A stretch of DNA of 63,935 bases, counting the filler, from Bipalium vagum (Eukaryota): the NCBI GenBank assembly GCA_037834085.1. It is 3 parts of 3 records of this genome, joined end to end, with 100 filler letters (N's around TTAATTAATTAA, not from the genome) between each part and the next. Parts side by side here need not be neighbours in the genome. Positions count along the whole stretch, not along the records: positions 17,282 to 37,396 come from JBBMKC010260150.1; positions 37,497 to 63,935 come from JBBMKC010147102.1; 1 more part is not named here. One strand, written 5' to 3'. Position numbers and translations under genes: made by a program. Positions within the stretch are counted from its first letter, which is position 1. The number at the start of each line of letters is the position of its first letter. The notes under the pieces are model-generated. The model was not told the origin of the DNA. It worked only from the letters and a program-made list of their open reading frames with translations, and ran no database searches. Below are positions 28,425-48,928 of this stretch, piece by piece.

Positions 28425-29097
28425 TGTCAAAATCTCGCCGTTGGAATTTTGACATATTAGGCTAATGGATTTTCTGACAGTCGTTTTCCGGTGCAATACA
28501 GGTTTCCATTAGTTTGATCTGATTCTATCTCGCCGTATCTAAGCGTAGGTCATCGTAGACCAATCTCTACGACTATATAAAGAGACGGCTATTCTCAGAA
28601 ATTTGCCAGAAACTACGATCAAGAATATTTTCGCTTAAGACATTGAGGTTATTTTTGCCGAAGACGATTCCGGTTTACATTAATTTTATCTCAACGCAAT
28701 GATTATGCAAACGGATTTTACAAAGGGACCCGTCGATTTCGAGAGTTCCTAGGCGACCTGGGGACCCCTTGTCGCTCTTGGTGAGATCGTTTTATTTATT
28801 TTTGTGTTAATTTTCGAAAATACTTCGTCGTGATCATTTCTTTCATCTCTTTCATTATAATAGTAGTTGCGTTTATTTTTATGATTATTTATTTTTATTT
28901 TCGGTGACATTTTCGATTATTGAACTTATTAGAGTGATTTACCGAGTGACTTCTCGTGATGATCATTATATTGTGAATGTGTTTTGTCAATAAAGCTTTA
29001 TTGTGGATGTTTTGATTCAGCAGATAAGGTTTGAAAGAAAATGAACACAACATTTTGTAAAAGTGAGGAGTTACGAGTACACGAGCGCACGTTACTT
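28425..29097 (+). mobile_element. LTR-like sequence (probably Ty3/gypsy), solo copy
   Basis: Starts TGTCAAAAT, has TATATAAA at about 28575 and AATAAA at about 28989; homologous in inverted orientation to 34681-35350, which abuts a gypsy RT fragment. Confidence 0.65.
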
Positions 29098-30179
29098 TTT
29101 CGAGGTATATAGTAACAATAGTTAACCATTATTTAACTTCAGCTCAAGAAATTCACAAAATATAAGACTTATAACCAAAAACAGCTTTAATTATATTACA
29201 ATTACATTTTAAATCTTCCATTTTTTGGGGTTCCACCAGAACCCACAACAACTATTCACGTTATTTAAATAATTATTCTTATTTTAATTATAATAATAAT
29301 AATAATATAACTGCGCTTTATAAATTCTTAATTTACTATAAAAATATTTATAAAACTATGTTTAATAATAAATTAAAAAACTTTCAAGGTGCAAATTGGT
29401 AAATCTGAAAAATTGTCTGAAAATTAATTTTAAAAAATCATTATCAAAATTATGGAAAAAATGGAATTTATTTTAAAAATTCGGAATCACAATTGTCCAA
29501 AAAAAACAAAAAATATATTGAAATACCAAAAACCAGACAGAGATTGTTTTAATTGACATAGCTATTTATACCTGGCCCATATTAGTCAGAAACGAACCTC
29601 AAAAATCAGGAAAAATAAAAATAATCAAAAATATAGATTTCAATTACTAAAGAAAACATAGATGGAAACGCAGACGAAAAAAAATTTTCAAAGGTACTAT
29701 AATTATTGAATACGTATATGTTATTAATACTAATATTACTATTTATAATATTCGGCCGAGGGATACAATAATTCATGATTTTCAAAACTTGATGTTTTAT
29801 AAATGAACATTATATGAAGAGTATTTATTGCCACACGAATGAAGAAGATAATGTCTCAATATCATAGTCAAAAAGCATTTTTTATTAACCTTCTGGTTCA
29901 TTTTTCGGATCGGAATATTTGTTAAGATCCCAGATATAACCTTTTTATTCAAGTCAGGAGTTAATGTATTAAGAAAGCTTGAGATCTATTTCGAAATTTT
30001 GAGTCGAAAACTGCTCAAATTTTCATTGAATTTAGAAAAAGAACGTCTCCAAACATAATACACCAAACATTAAGACCAAATCTTAACAGAACTTTTTAAC
30101 TCAAATAAAACCTCTCCTGAATATAAGATTCTTATAAATCTAGACCAGAATCTCCAAAAATTTTTAAATTACCCGTCCA

Positions 30180-31500
30180 ATAAATTTAAATTCAATTTTA
30201 TCAATATCTAAATCATAAGCAATTTTTCTGCTACAAATTCAATTTTTATCTTCTTTTAACACGAAAATTAGTGGCGCGTTCCATGGCAAGTTACACCTTC
30301 TTATTATTCCGTTCTCAAATAGATTCTTTATTGCTTCATCGATTTGCCCTTCTAGATGAATTGGCTGTCTTCACGGTTTTGTGTTAATTGGTTTACCAGT
30401 AGTTTTGATCTCATGCTTCATCATTTTTGTACATCTAATATGCAATGGATCTGCCATGCATGCTTCTTTTTTTTCTTTCACTTTCAAAAGCTTCTTGACT
30501 TCGACGGTGACTAATATCTTTTTTGCTTTCAGCAGGCGCTCTTCATCTTTAACAACTTTTCTAAACGTCGCCTCAATGTTGCATACCCGTGAGACCTCAA
30601 TTTCTACGAAATCTTCAATAATTTAAATCCGAACTTTGTCAAAATTCTGTTCATCCAATCAGCTCTGGTGAAACCTGCTCAACAATTGTGAATGAAATTG
30701 ACTCAGGTCTATGTCCAATATAAACATCAACTGTTATCTTTCCTACCACATATTAATCGCTGTTTTTATGGTCTCCATGCATCTTTGTTTTTCTACCTTT
30801 CATAATTCTAGACATTTATTCCGACTCATTACATTTATGCTAGCTCCAGTATCTTTTTTCCAATTTTTTCCTTTTCTCTGACACTTTTTCATGTTCACTA
30901 CCACTTCTTACATTCTATATTACATTCCTCTCATTGAGAAACCGTATTCCTACGTCTAGTTCAAGGCTCCGATCAACTCGACTTCGGAAGGAGCCCGGTC
31001 TTTTGGGTGTTCGTAATACAACTGTAACAGAACACCTCTGATTTTGTTCTTTCGGGTTGCTGACTGGTTTCATTTTTGTAGACACTATTATTATAAGTCT
31101 TGTGATAAACGAAATTTGGTTTTCTGTTTTCACCTATTTTCTTAATATATCTCTAAACGATACCACATTTACTTCTTCTGGCACCAATCTTCTATTATCG
31201 AATCTCTTCATTTCATCTACACTTTCTTCTGAATCTTTCTTTCCCTTCCTTTGCAAATGTTGCCACATCTCTTTGTCATTGTTACAGTGTATCAGTAATT
31301 CACTTTTCAGCGTTTCTTTGTCCCACCTGTACTCCATTAATTCGTCAGAAAATTCCGAGATACACATTCACATCTTCTTCTGCTTGCTTTTAATTGAATG
31401 CCTCTTTAAGGTCCTTCACCCATGATTTTACTTTCTCGAATGCCTTTCTCATTCGTTCTTTGCATTATTTAATTCATAATTCTCTTGCAGGTCGTTTTCC
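30180..31500 (-). mobile_element. Ty3/gypsy gag-protease-RT remnant
   Basis: Aspartic protease KDTGASINVMS at about 30825-30860; RT start IKHEIKTTGKPI...QIDEAIKNLFENGIIRRCNLPWNAPLIFV; disrupted. Confidence 0.85.
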
Positions 31501-31949
31501 ATCAATTCAATGACGGCTAATCCTCTAACGTTTTTGGGTAATCCCAACATGTCAAAAAAATCTTTACACTTGTGTAGAAACTTATTGAAGTCTTCTGATC
31601 TTCTAAATAGCCAGGCCTGAGTGATTCGGCTAAGAATTTTCTGGTGTTGGTCGTCATGTTAGCTGTGATATCAATAAAATCAATCATAATTTGAACCATA
31701 TATATATATATTTAATGCGTTTTAAAACAATAATACTTCAACAAATTTTCCATTCTTAATAAATTAATATATTGTGCCATTAAATATCAATAATTAATTC
31801 AATAAAAATTATTTCAAAATAAATATTAAAATTAAATTAATTAAAATTTAAATTATGACAATATAAAAATTTTAAAATTAGAAATCATTTTAATTACTCA
31901 CATCCGTAGTCCTTCACGTTCTCCTTCCAATCTCTTCTTGATATGATAC

Positions 31950-32440
31950 CAATTAGTGTAAATTTCACAAATAATCACATCGCAATATTCAGATGGACCT
32001 CGGGATATTATTAGATTGGTCATAAAATAATCATTGATTTGAACATTCAACTTTAAACTTAAACTAGTCAAGTAGAAACAACTGTAATTGATCAAAATGG
32101 CCTTGATCCAACCGGTTGTAATATAGACCCCTGTTTATGTATCTGTCAAGCTTCTTCACCTTGTCCAGTTGATTAAGATAATCCAGTACTGTTATTAACG
32201 TGGAGCTGTTCTGCGATCTCTTGACTTGGTAGGTTTGGATTTAACGTCAGCAATACATTCAGTTTGTCATTGTCCAGAGAAACCTAACGTCTGTTACCTT
32301 CTTCATCAGTATGGATCTGATCTCCGCCTCGAAAGCGTTGAAACCATCGCTAAATAGTACAATCATTAACTGCCCCCTGGTCTAAATTATCATTTCGACT
32401 GGTTTTCACAGCGTTATGGCCTCGTCTTAAATAATAAAGA
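31950..32440 (-). mobile_element. mariner transposase remnant (HTH region)
   Basis: TI*RWFQRFRGGD...DEEG...LDNDKL...NP....QEIAEQLHV...KVKKLDRY. Confidence 0.75.
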
Positions 32441-33029
32441 TAAAACAGTCTTTGATGTTTTTCTAGAGACTTTCCTCGAAACCATTCATCATTATTATGA
32501 TCTTTTTGGCAAATTTAGTCAAAGTTTAACTTTTTCTTTTGAAACCTTTTTTAATCAATTTATTCTAAAAAATCTGATGAAATAAGTGTCAAAAGCTGTA
32601 AAAAAAATTAAAGAGTTGAGGTCGTCAAGATCGTTCCCTTTCAGAACTGTTGGGTGTCGTTTTGGCACACGATGTTGATTTTTTTAATCATTTCATAATT
32701 GAAGTTGTTTTAATGATTAGTCTGAGAAATTTTATGGATTTTCAAATGAGCAAATGGTGAGAGGAGATTCGTCTTTTAGGACAGACCTGAGCTCGGTGGT
32801 CGCTCACCATGATAGTAACTACTATTAACAGATTTCATGGCAATACTGTACGGACCGGAAAACAGTCAAACGACAAGTGATTTTGTGAAATATCTCAAAA
32901 ACTTCGAGACAAAAATATAACGAAAACTTTTATTTTAATAAAGGCACAAAACAAATGAAGCGCGCAAGCAAAGCATCAAGACTACCCGCAAAGGGATTTT
33001 GTCAATGGTTCTACCGGAATCAAGTTTTA

Positions 33030-33230
33030 CTACCAACCCACTGTACCCGACCTAATCTTCTTGTAAACATAATAACCTTCATCATTCGAACCTTCAGCAT
33101 GTCCCTTCTTGACCTTCTTCAATACAAACAGATCTCCTTCATCATTTTCATTGCTTTCCAAAGCCCTCTGAGACGATGGCAGCACTGCAAGACTTAATAG
33201 AAGTAAACTTCCTAGAACAAAAAGATGCAT
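33030..33230 (-). CDS. Putative small secreted peptide precursor, 66 aa, single exon, unknown family
   Basis: Hydrophobic N-terminus (MHLFVLGSLLLLSLAVLPSS), two internal NDEG..(F/Y)V.KK(V/I)..G repeats, TATAAATA 29-36 nt upstream, ACC-ATG context, TAG-TAA double stop, AATAAA at 32934-32929. Confidence 0.6.
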   Translation of the reverse strand: MHLFVLGSLLLLSLAVLPSSQRALESNENDEGDLFVLKKVKKGHAEGSNDEGYYVYKKIRSGTVGW

Positions 33231-33258
33231 GGTTGAAACTCTCTGCGGTCAGGGTCCA

Positions 33259-33266
33259 TATTTATA
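33259..33266 (-). promoter_or_regulatory. TATA box of the small secreted-peptide gene
   Basis: TATAAATA on the minus strand in locally GC-richer context just upstream of the ATG at 33230. Confidence 0.5.
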
Positions 33267-33423
33267 CTGTTGCGGATCATGATTTGAGTGTACCTCCATT
33301 GTTAAAGATCTATATCTTTTATTTACAATTGCATGCATTGTTTTGTGAAGACCTCTGTGACCTATGTGCTGTCACATAGCTGAGATGATATCATTACTCA
33401 ATAACAAACCATAATATATGTAC

Positions 33424-33497
<74 letters not shown>

Positions 33498-33569
33498 TTA
33501 TTCTTTTATTATTTTTTTATTACTATTATCATTTTTATAACAATTTATTTAATATAAGTTTGACGATTT

Positions 33570-33860
33570 TCATCATGACCGGTTTTGGATCTGTATGGAT
33601 CCTAGAATGAAAGGATTAATACACCGAGTTTGGTCCTTAACATCAGATCATATATAGATCGATATAGAATTGAATGTACTTAAGAGAAGATTACAAAATA
33701 ATGCGTATCCAAATTGGAAAATTGAAAAGATGATAGAATATACCCTGAAAAATTTATGAACAATCAAGAATGCAATGAGAAGAAAGAAAAAGAGAAATTA
33801 GAATTCCCTATTCAGAGGAAGTCAAGATTTTTAAAAGTAAAATGAAATGTGTTAATAAAA
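33570..33860 (+). mobile_element. Penelope-like retroelement remnant
   Basis: MKGLIHRVWSLTSD...ELNVLKRRLQNNAYPNWKIEKMI matches the LI.RA..I.S...EL..I...L..NGYP...I segment after Penelope RT. Confidence 0.65.
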
Positions 33861-33865
33861 AAACG

Positions 33866-34240
33866 AAAGAACATCTAACGTCTGGCGTCAGCAAGGTAAC
33901 CTTTCAAAGTGAGATGGTCATCGCATTTTAAATTATTTTGTTTTTGCTAAAACTGTTTTCAAGTGAAGCCAGGTCTGACAGTTGGGTCGTTTAGTCGACC
34001 ATGTATTGCAGGCCTTTGTGTTGAGCATCAATGTTCATCATCAATGCCATTACACAGAGATGATGAAAGATAGTACTGATAAATCTTTATTTGCTTTGGT
34101 CGGTGAACCGTGGCCTGGTCATGACCAAGTCATTTGAACAACAGAGATAATGAGAATGTTAAATATAAATAAGAAAAATGTTCAGATGAAGTGGAACCTT
34201 TGAATATCTCTAAGAGGAAAAGTGCAAGCGGAGAAGGGAT
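33866..34240 (+). repeat. About 370-bp unclassified repeat, left arm of an inverted pair
   Basis: Highly similar to the reverse complement of 36878-37246 (e.g. CATCTAACGTCTGGCGTCAGCAAGGTAACCTTT, GTTGGGTCGTTTAGTCGACCATGTATTGCAGGCCTTTGTG, CAGATGAAGTGGAACCTTTGAATAT). Confidence 0.9.
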
Positions 34241-34680
34241 AGCTGTAACAAGGCTGAAACTCTACTCACGCTCAATCACATGTCGCCAAAGTTCTACTAA
34301 ACATTCCACATTGCGATGGTATCTTCCCGTTTTTTTAAAACTGTAGACCAGTGACCTTTCAGAAATGAAAGATTTCGATCCGATTTCTTCGAACAAGAAA
34401 TAAGAAACTTTGAATTGACCAAAATTAGGAATTGTCCATAAAAGGATTGAAAATGAATTTTTGATTGCTGGAGGTCATTGAAATATGGGAATGTTGTGGA
34501 AATTGGGACCCTTGGAGAGTTCTGTGTGGATAACAGTTCAGAATTTTACGGGCAATCAACAAAATCTTTTGAAGCTGAAATTAAAGATTTCTCAACCCAC
34601 TAAGAAGAAAATTAATAATAATAATAAGAATAATAAGAAAAAGAAAAAACATAAGAATAATGTTACTATTATAACTTAAC

Positions 34681-36459
34681 AAGTAACCTTCGCTCGTCTA
34701 TCGAAAACTCCTCACTTTAATGTGTTGTGTTCGTTTTTCGAGTTTAAAACCAAAAATGAATCAAAACTACCACGATAAAACCTTATCTACTTTTTCACTG
34801 AATCAAAACTCCCACAGTAATACTTCATCCGCATCCTAAAGTCTGAATCAAAACTTTCATAATAAACCTTTATTCACTCTATCACAACGAGTACAAATCA
34901 AAATTAATTCATAAATCAAAATCCCCAACCGTGTCTAAAATGAAACGAAATCAAGTCCAATGGCAATGGTAATAAAAAATAGAATCAAATCAATAATCGG
35001 TAATAATGGTTAGTAAAGAAAACGAAAACAAAATAAAATAAATAACGTAAACGAATCGGTTTCACCCGGAGCGACAACAGATCCCGGGTAGTCCACTAGG
35101 ATCTTTTCAGGTCTCCTAGGGAGTCCCTAACTCGACGGGACCCGCTGTAAAATCCTCTTACGAAAGCATATCCACTTGAAAAAAAACAAATCAGTACGAA
35201 CGTCTTGAAGTCGTGATCGTCGGGGCCTCTGGAAAATCGTCTGTAATCACCTGTCAACTTGTCCTTCAAAAATTTGGAAGTTCTTTTCTCTAAACTTTAT
35301 TCGGAAATTCGTTCTGGAATCTTTTTGTGGCTCTTTCCAGGAATAGCCGTCTTGAATCCGTTTCGATTCCGTCTTTGCTGATAATGTGACCCTAAAATGT
35401 AACCTGACTTTTCAGGTGACATTTTTCTGGATTTATGCGTAGTCCAGAATGCTGATAAATACATGATTAAAAATCTTGTACTGTTTCTCTATGTTTTCGT
35501 TGTACATCAATATGTCATCCAGATATACACATGCACCTTCCATTACCGTTAAGTTAATTAATGACTATTAATTCTTGAAATTTTCCCGGTGCTGTTGCTA
35601 TCCCGAAAGGTATTCTGTTAAAACAATATTGACATGATTTTGTAGAAAATGATGTCTTCTCCTTCGATTCTTTTTCAAATTCTACCTGATAGTATACATT
35701 CGCTAAACCAATAGAGCTAAAATACCGAGGTCCCCTAAGTTTATCTAGCATTTCTTCTACATTGGGCATTGGGAAAGCCTGTCTCTCTGTGATTGCGTTC
35801 AATCTTCTGAAGACTAAGCAGAGTCGTATATCCTTCTTCTCCTTCTTCCAAACACAAATGAGAAGCGCATTCCCAAGAGAATTACATGTAATATATCTGC
35901 ATTTTTCTACTCGCCTATCGACATTATCTTCACCGAGTTCACCTCTTCCGCCATTCCGGTAAAAGTACTGGTCCAATTCATATTGTCTTTCTTTAAAAAT
36001 TTATACACTTTCATTCATACACAAAATTCATTCATTAAACACAAAATTTCATACTCTTCTCTTCTTCTTGTCTTTCTTATACCTTTCCATGAAATATAAT
36101 AGGAGATACACCACTGATCGTCTCGTCTTCTTTCTATATTTGTGTAGCAAACACTCTCCAAGTGCGCCTCTACACCACATCGATTATACTTCACAGTGGA
36201 ACATTGTCTTCAAACATGTCCTTCCACTCCACACGCGAAACAAGTCGGTTTCTTTCTTATATTACAATTTGGAAGAACGTTCTGGGTGTTCTTTATCCAT
36301 TACACCGAAATCATTACTTCTGAAGCGGTAAAAAAAATGCTCAAATGTATCCTGAGTTACGACATATTTATCCTGTCTCTTTCTACGGCAGTTTTGTCCA
36401 TCAGGAAGTATGAATGAGAATTTCCCGTAAGTGTTTTTTGCTTGGCGTAAATTTTGACA
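34681..36459 (-). mobile_element. Internally deleted Ty3/gypsy element: gag zinc knuckles, RT fragment and LTR-like end
   Basis: CFACGVEGH..RQC and CGVEAHLESVC knuckles (36150-36250); RT motifs RLCLVFRRLN, FPMPNVEEML, CFNRIPFGIATAPGKFQ, GACVYLDDILMY (YLDD at about 35515-35527); LTR-like 34681-35350. Confidence 0.88.
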
Positions 36460-36877
36460 TATTTAGATCAAAAAATTTTGAAATTATTGACATATTATGA
36501 AAATTTTAATGATTACCCGATTAATTAGATATTATTCAAACAAATTGATTTATATTTTGATATTTCACTAAATCTATGTTATATAAATCCGCATTATTTT
36601 TTGTTAATTATTGATTTTCTTTCATATGGAATTCGAGCAGATAATTAATTAATAATAATAATAGACCAGAGTAATAATTATAATAGGATTATCAGAGGGA
36701 TTGTTATGAAAACAAATTCCACAGGGAATGCTCAAGGATTGATTGAATAACGATCTTGAAAAGAAGGAAATTTCATATACCCGCAGATGGGAAGAATTAT
36801 CTGTCATTGAATATGAATAAATGTTTATTTGTATCTGTTCCATGTATGGTTGTATTCATACCATGATAGAGTCATAC

Positions 36878-37246
36878 ATCCCCTCCTTGCACCTTTCCTC
36901 TTAGATATATTCAAAGGTTCCACTTCATCTGAATATGTTTCATTGTGTTGTTGATTATTCTCATTATCTCTGTCGTTCAAATGAATTCGTCGTAACCAGG
37001 CCACGCTTCACCGACCAAAGCAAATAAAGATTTATCAGTACTCTATCTTTCATCATCTCTATGTAATGGCATTGATGATGAACATTGATGCTAAACACAA
37101 AGGCCTGCAATACATGGTCGACTAAACGACCCAACGGTCAGACCAGGCTTCATTGAAAAACAGTTTAGCAAAAACAAAATAATTTAAAATGTGATGGTCT
37201 TTTCAAAGGTTACCTTGCTGACGCCAGACGTTAGATGGTCTTTCTT
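36878..37246 (-). repeat. About 370-bp unclassified repeat, right arm of the inverted pair
   Basis: Reverse complement of 33866-34240. Confidence 0.9.
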
Positions 37247-37496
37247 TTCTTATCTTAATTAAAATGGAAATAATAAATACCAAATATATTATTAATAAAA
37301 TATAAAAGAATCAAAAACTATATATACTCCACAAAAAAGTACTACAAACATAAAAAATAAGATTTCTGTAAAATAATTTTATTAATCATTACACAANNNN
37401 NNNNNNNNNNNNNNNNNNNNNNNNNNNNNNNNNNNNNNNNTTAATTAATTAANNNNNNNNNNNNNNNNNNNNNNNNNNNNNNNNNNNNNNNNNNNN

Positions 37497-46849
<9,353 letters not shown>

Positions 46850-47143
46850 TTCAAAGAACTGGGAATTGATTATGATAAATGAAAAACATAAAGCTTATAT
46901 ACAGAATTTTTAATTTGTCCGTTCCCGTCAATTTTGCTCAAGAACCCAGATTAATGTCACAAGCTCGAAGATTATTACCGTGAAATTCGCCACATTTATT
47001 ATAGCCTATTATTAATGAATGAAAATATACATTTTCAGAAAGATTAAGTGCTTTCCATATGTATCAGCTTGCATAAAATTTTTGCTGACATGGCATTTCT
47101 TAAAATAATAATTTAAGTTCTTATATAAAATTAATTTTAAAAA

Positions 47144-47184
<41 letters not shown>

Positions 47185-47744
47185 ATTATTTTTTTTATTA
47201 TTATTATTTTTTATTATTATTATTATTTAGACACTTTAAAGATATTTTAATCGTTAAATTTATTTTAATAAGATAAAAATGATTTATAAAATTGAAAAGT
47301 ATTTATTAATAGTTAGTATTAATAAAAACTCACTTATTTAAAAATATATTAGTAAGAAAAACAATTAGAAAGAAAAACAGAGATAAAGGATAAGCACTAT
47401 TTATGTCAATATTTATTATTATAATAGCAGTAATAACAAAGTTTTTTAAACTGTTAAGAAATATTTTTTAAAGATATATTTTTCTTTAATATATTTTCAT
47501 TGTTTATTTGTGTATTATTATTAAGTTAGCGGTTCATTATCATTACTCTGTGAATGATAATGAACCTGTTTCAGACATTTGAATGATTGTGAATCTTTGA
47601 TTGTGCTTTTTTGATTTGTGTAAAAGGTTTTGTGTTAAATATAATAAAGTTACAATTAAATATAATATATAATTAAATTATTTTAATTGAATTTGGGGGT
47701 ATGAAAAGAGATATGGTTTGATTGTAGCAGTTTTGAGATCACTG

Positions 47745-48740
47745 TTGGACTCACGGAATATTGCCGCTCTATCCAGAAAGAGCTTCACGTGTGCTTCCTG
47801 GATGTTGAGGAGGCATTTACTAGCCTGCCACTCGAGCTAATCTTGCTCACTTTTCGTAAGTCTTAGATGGCGGACATGGACGTTAACCTTTTATGCATGT
47901 TATCATCTCACCAAGTTATCCATTGCCATACATAGAGGAGTTAAGCAGGGCTGTCTGCTGTCCATGTCCCTATTTTGTTTGGCAATCAATTTCCTGCTGA
48001 ACCACTTTAGTAACTATCCTGGTCGCCTTCAGGTCTTGACCCGGGCCATCCATCTAACTTTCCGTCCGCTCAAATGCGGATATCTATGTCATAGTGCACC
48101 TCCGGCTCCTCTGTTTGACCGATGAGATCCTGGAGAGGAACCCCTTGAATTTCTCACATATTATCCTATTTTATCTTCATCCGGCTCAGATGATCCACCT
48201 CTACAAAGACCTTCCTGTATTCGCGTCTCCCCTTTCACTTTGCGAATTGCGGTAGTAGATCATCTTACTCTGGCGTCGAAACAATTCCGCAAAGCCCTTT
48301 ACCGAGAACAACAGAAGGGTTACGATAAGCGGCTTCGGGAGATTTCCGTCAGATTACGGACACCGGCCACCTCCAGAGCACGAATAAGGCTTTCCTTTAC
48401 GCTCCAACATTCCTAGGGGAATTTGGGGCAACACGGGCCATTGATGATTACCACATCTGTAGCGTGATTCAAGGGCTTCAATACCTTACCAGTCCTGATA
48501 CCATCTTTCGAACCTTTACCACCAACCACCTGCTACATGTGGTGAGAATTCGTCAACATGTCACGGCACACACGGACCTTACCGTAGCTCTTTTATGGCT
48601 CTCAAACCGTTGTAACTTCATTTTATTTGGACAGGCCACTTGGTGGACTAAAATTCGGAAGGCCTGCAAAGCATTGAAGTTGCAGGGCATTGAATGTACC
48701 TATATGATGACTGGCCCTTACCCAAAACACCCACCCGTAC
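47745..48740 (+). mobile_element. Decayed RLE-type non-LTR retrotransposon RT region (NeSL/Utopia/R4-like)
   Basis: FLDVEEAFTSLP (RT LD..AF.S), RGVKQGCLLSMSLFCLAINFLL (GVKQGCPLS), KAFLYAPTFLGEFGA...IQGLQYLTSPD; GC-richer than flanks; frameshifted. Confidence 0.75.
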
Positions 48741-48780
48741 CAAATAAAAATTGTAAAAGGGTGTTTAAAATAATAAGAAT

Positions 48781-48895
48781 AATAATAATAATTAAGAAAT
48801 TGGGCCCAAAAAGACAAAAATAATAATAATATAATAATAATAATAATAATAATTAAGAAATTGGGCCCAAAAAGACAAAAATAATAATAATAATA
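48781..48895 (+). repeat. Two-copy tandem duplication embedded in (AAT)n
   Basis: AATAATAATTAAGAAATTGGGCCCAAAAAGACAAAA occurs twice about 61 nt apart. Confidence 0.85.
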
Positions 48896-48928
48896 ATATA
48901 ATAAAAATAAAACATTAGATGTTATCTC

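Noticed and set aside
34220-34370. Possible knottin-like Cys pattern (CKRRRDSC...TC...HCDGIFPFF*NC)
   Set aside because: Needs several frameshifts and a stop, and is not conserved in the second repeat copy
34757-34870. Regularly spaced TGAATCAAAACT repeats as a CRISPR-like array
   Set aside because: Three degenerate tandem units within an LTR-like sequence, spacers similar to each other, eukaryotic context, no cas genes
37228-37268. CGTTAGATGGTCTT, reminiscent of my recollection of the 5' end of a planarian spliced leader
   Set aside because: Only about 14 nt match, the downstream ATG is not followed by a GT donor, no Sm site is evident, and the other repeat copy matches less well
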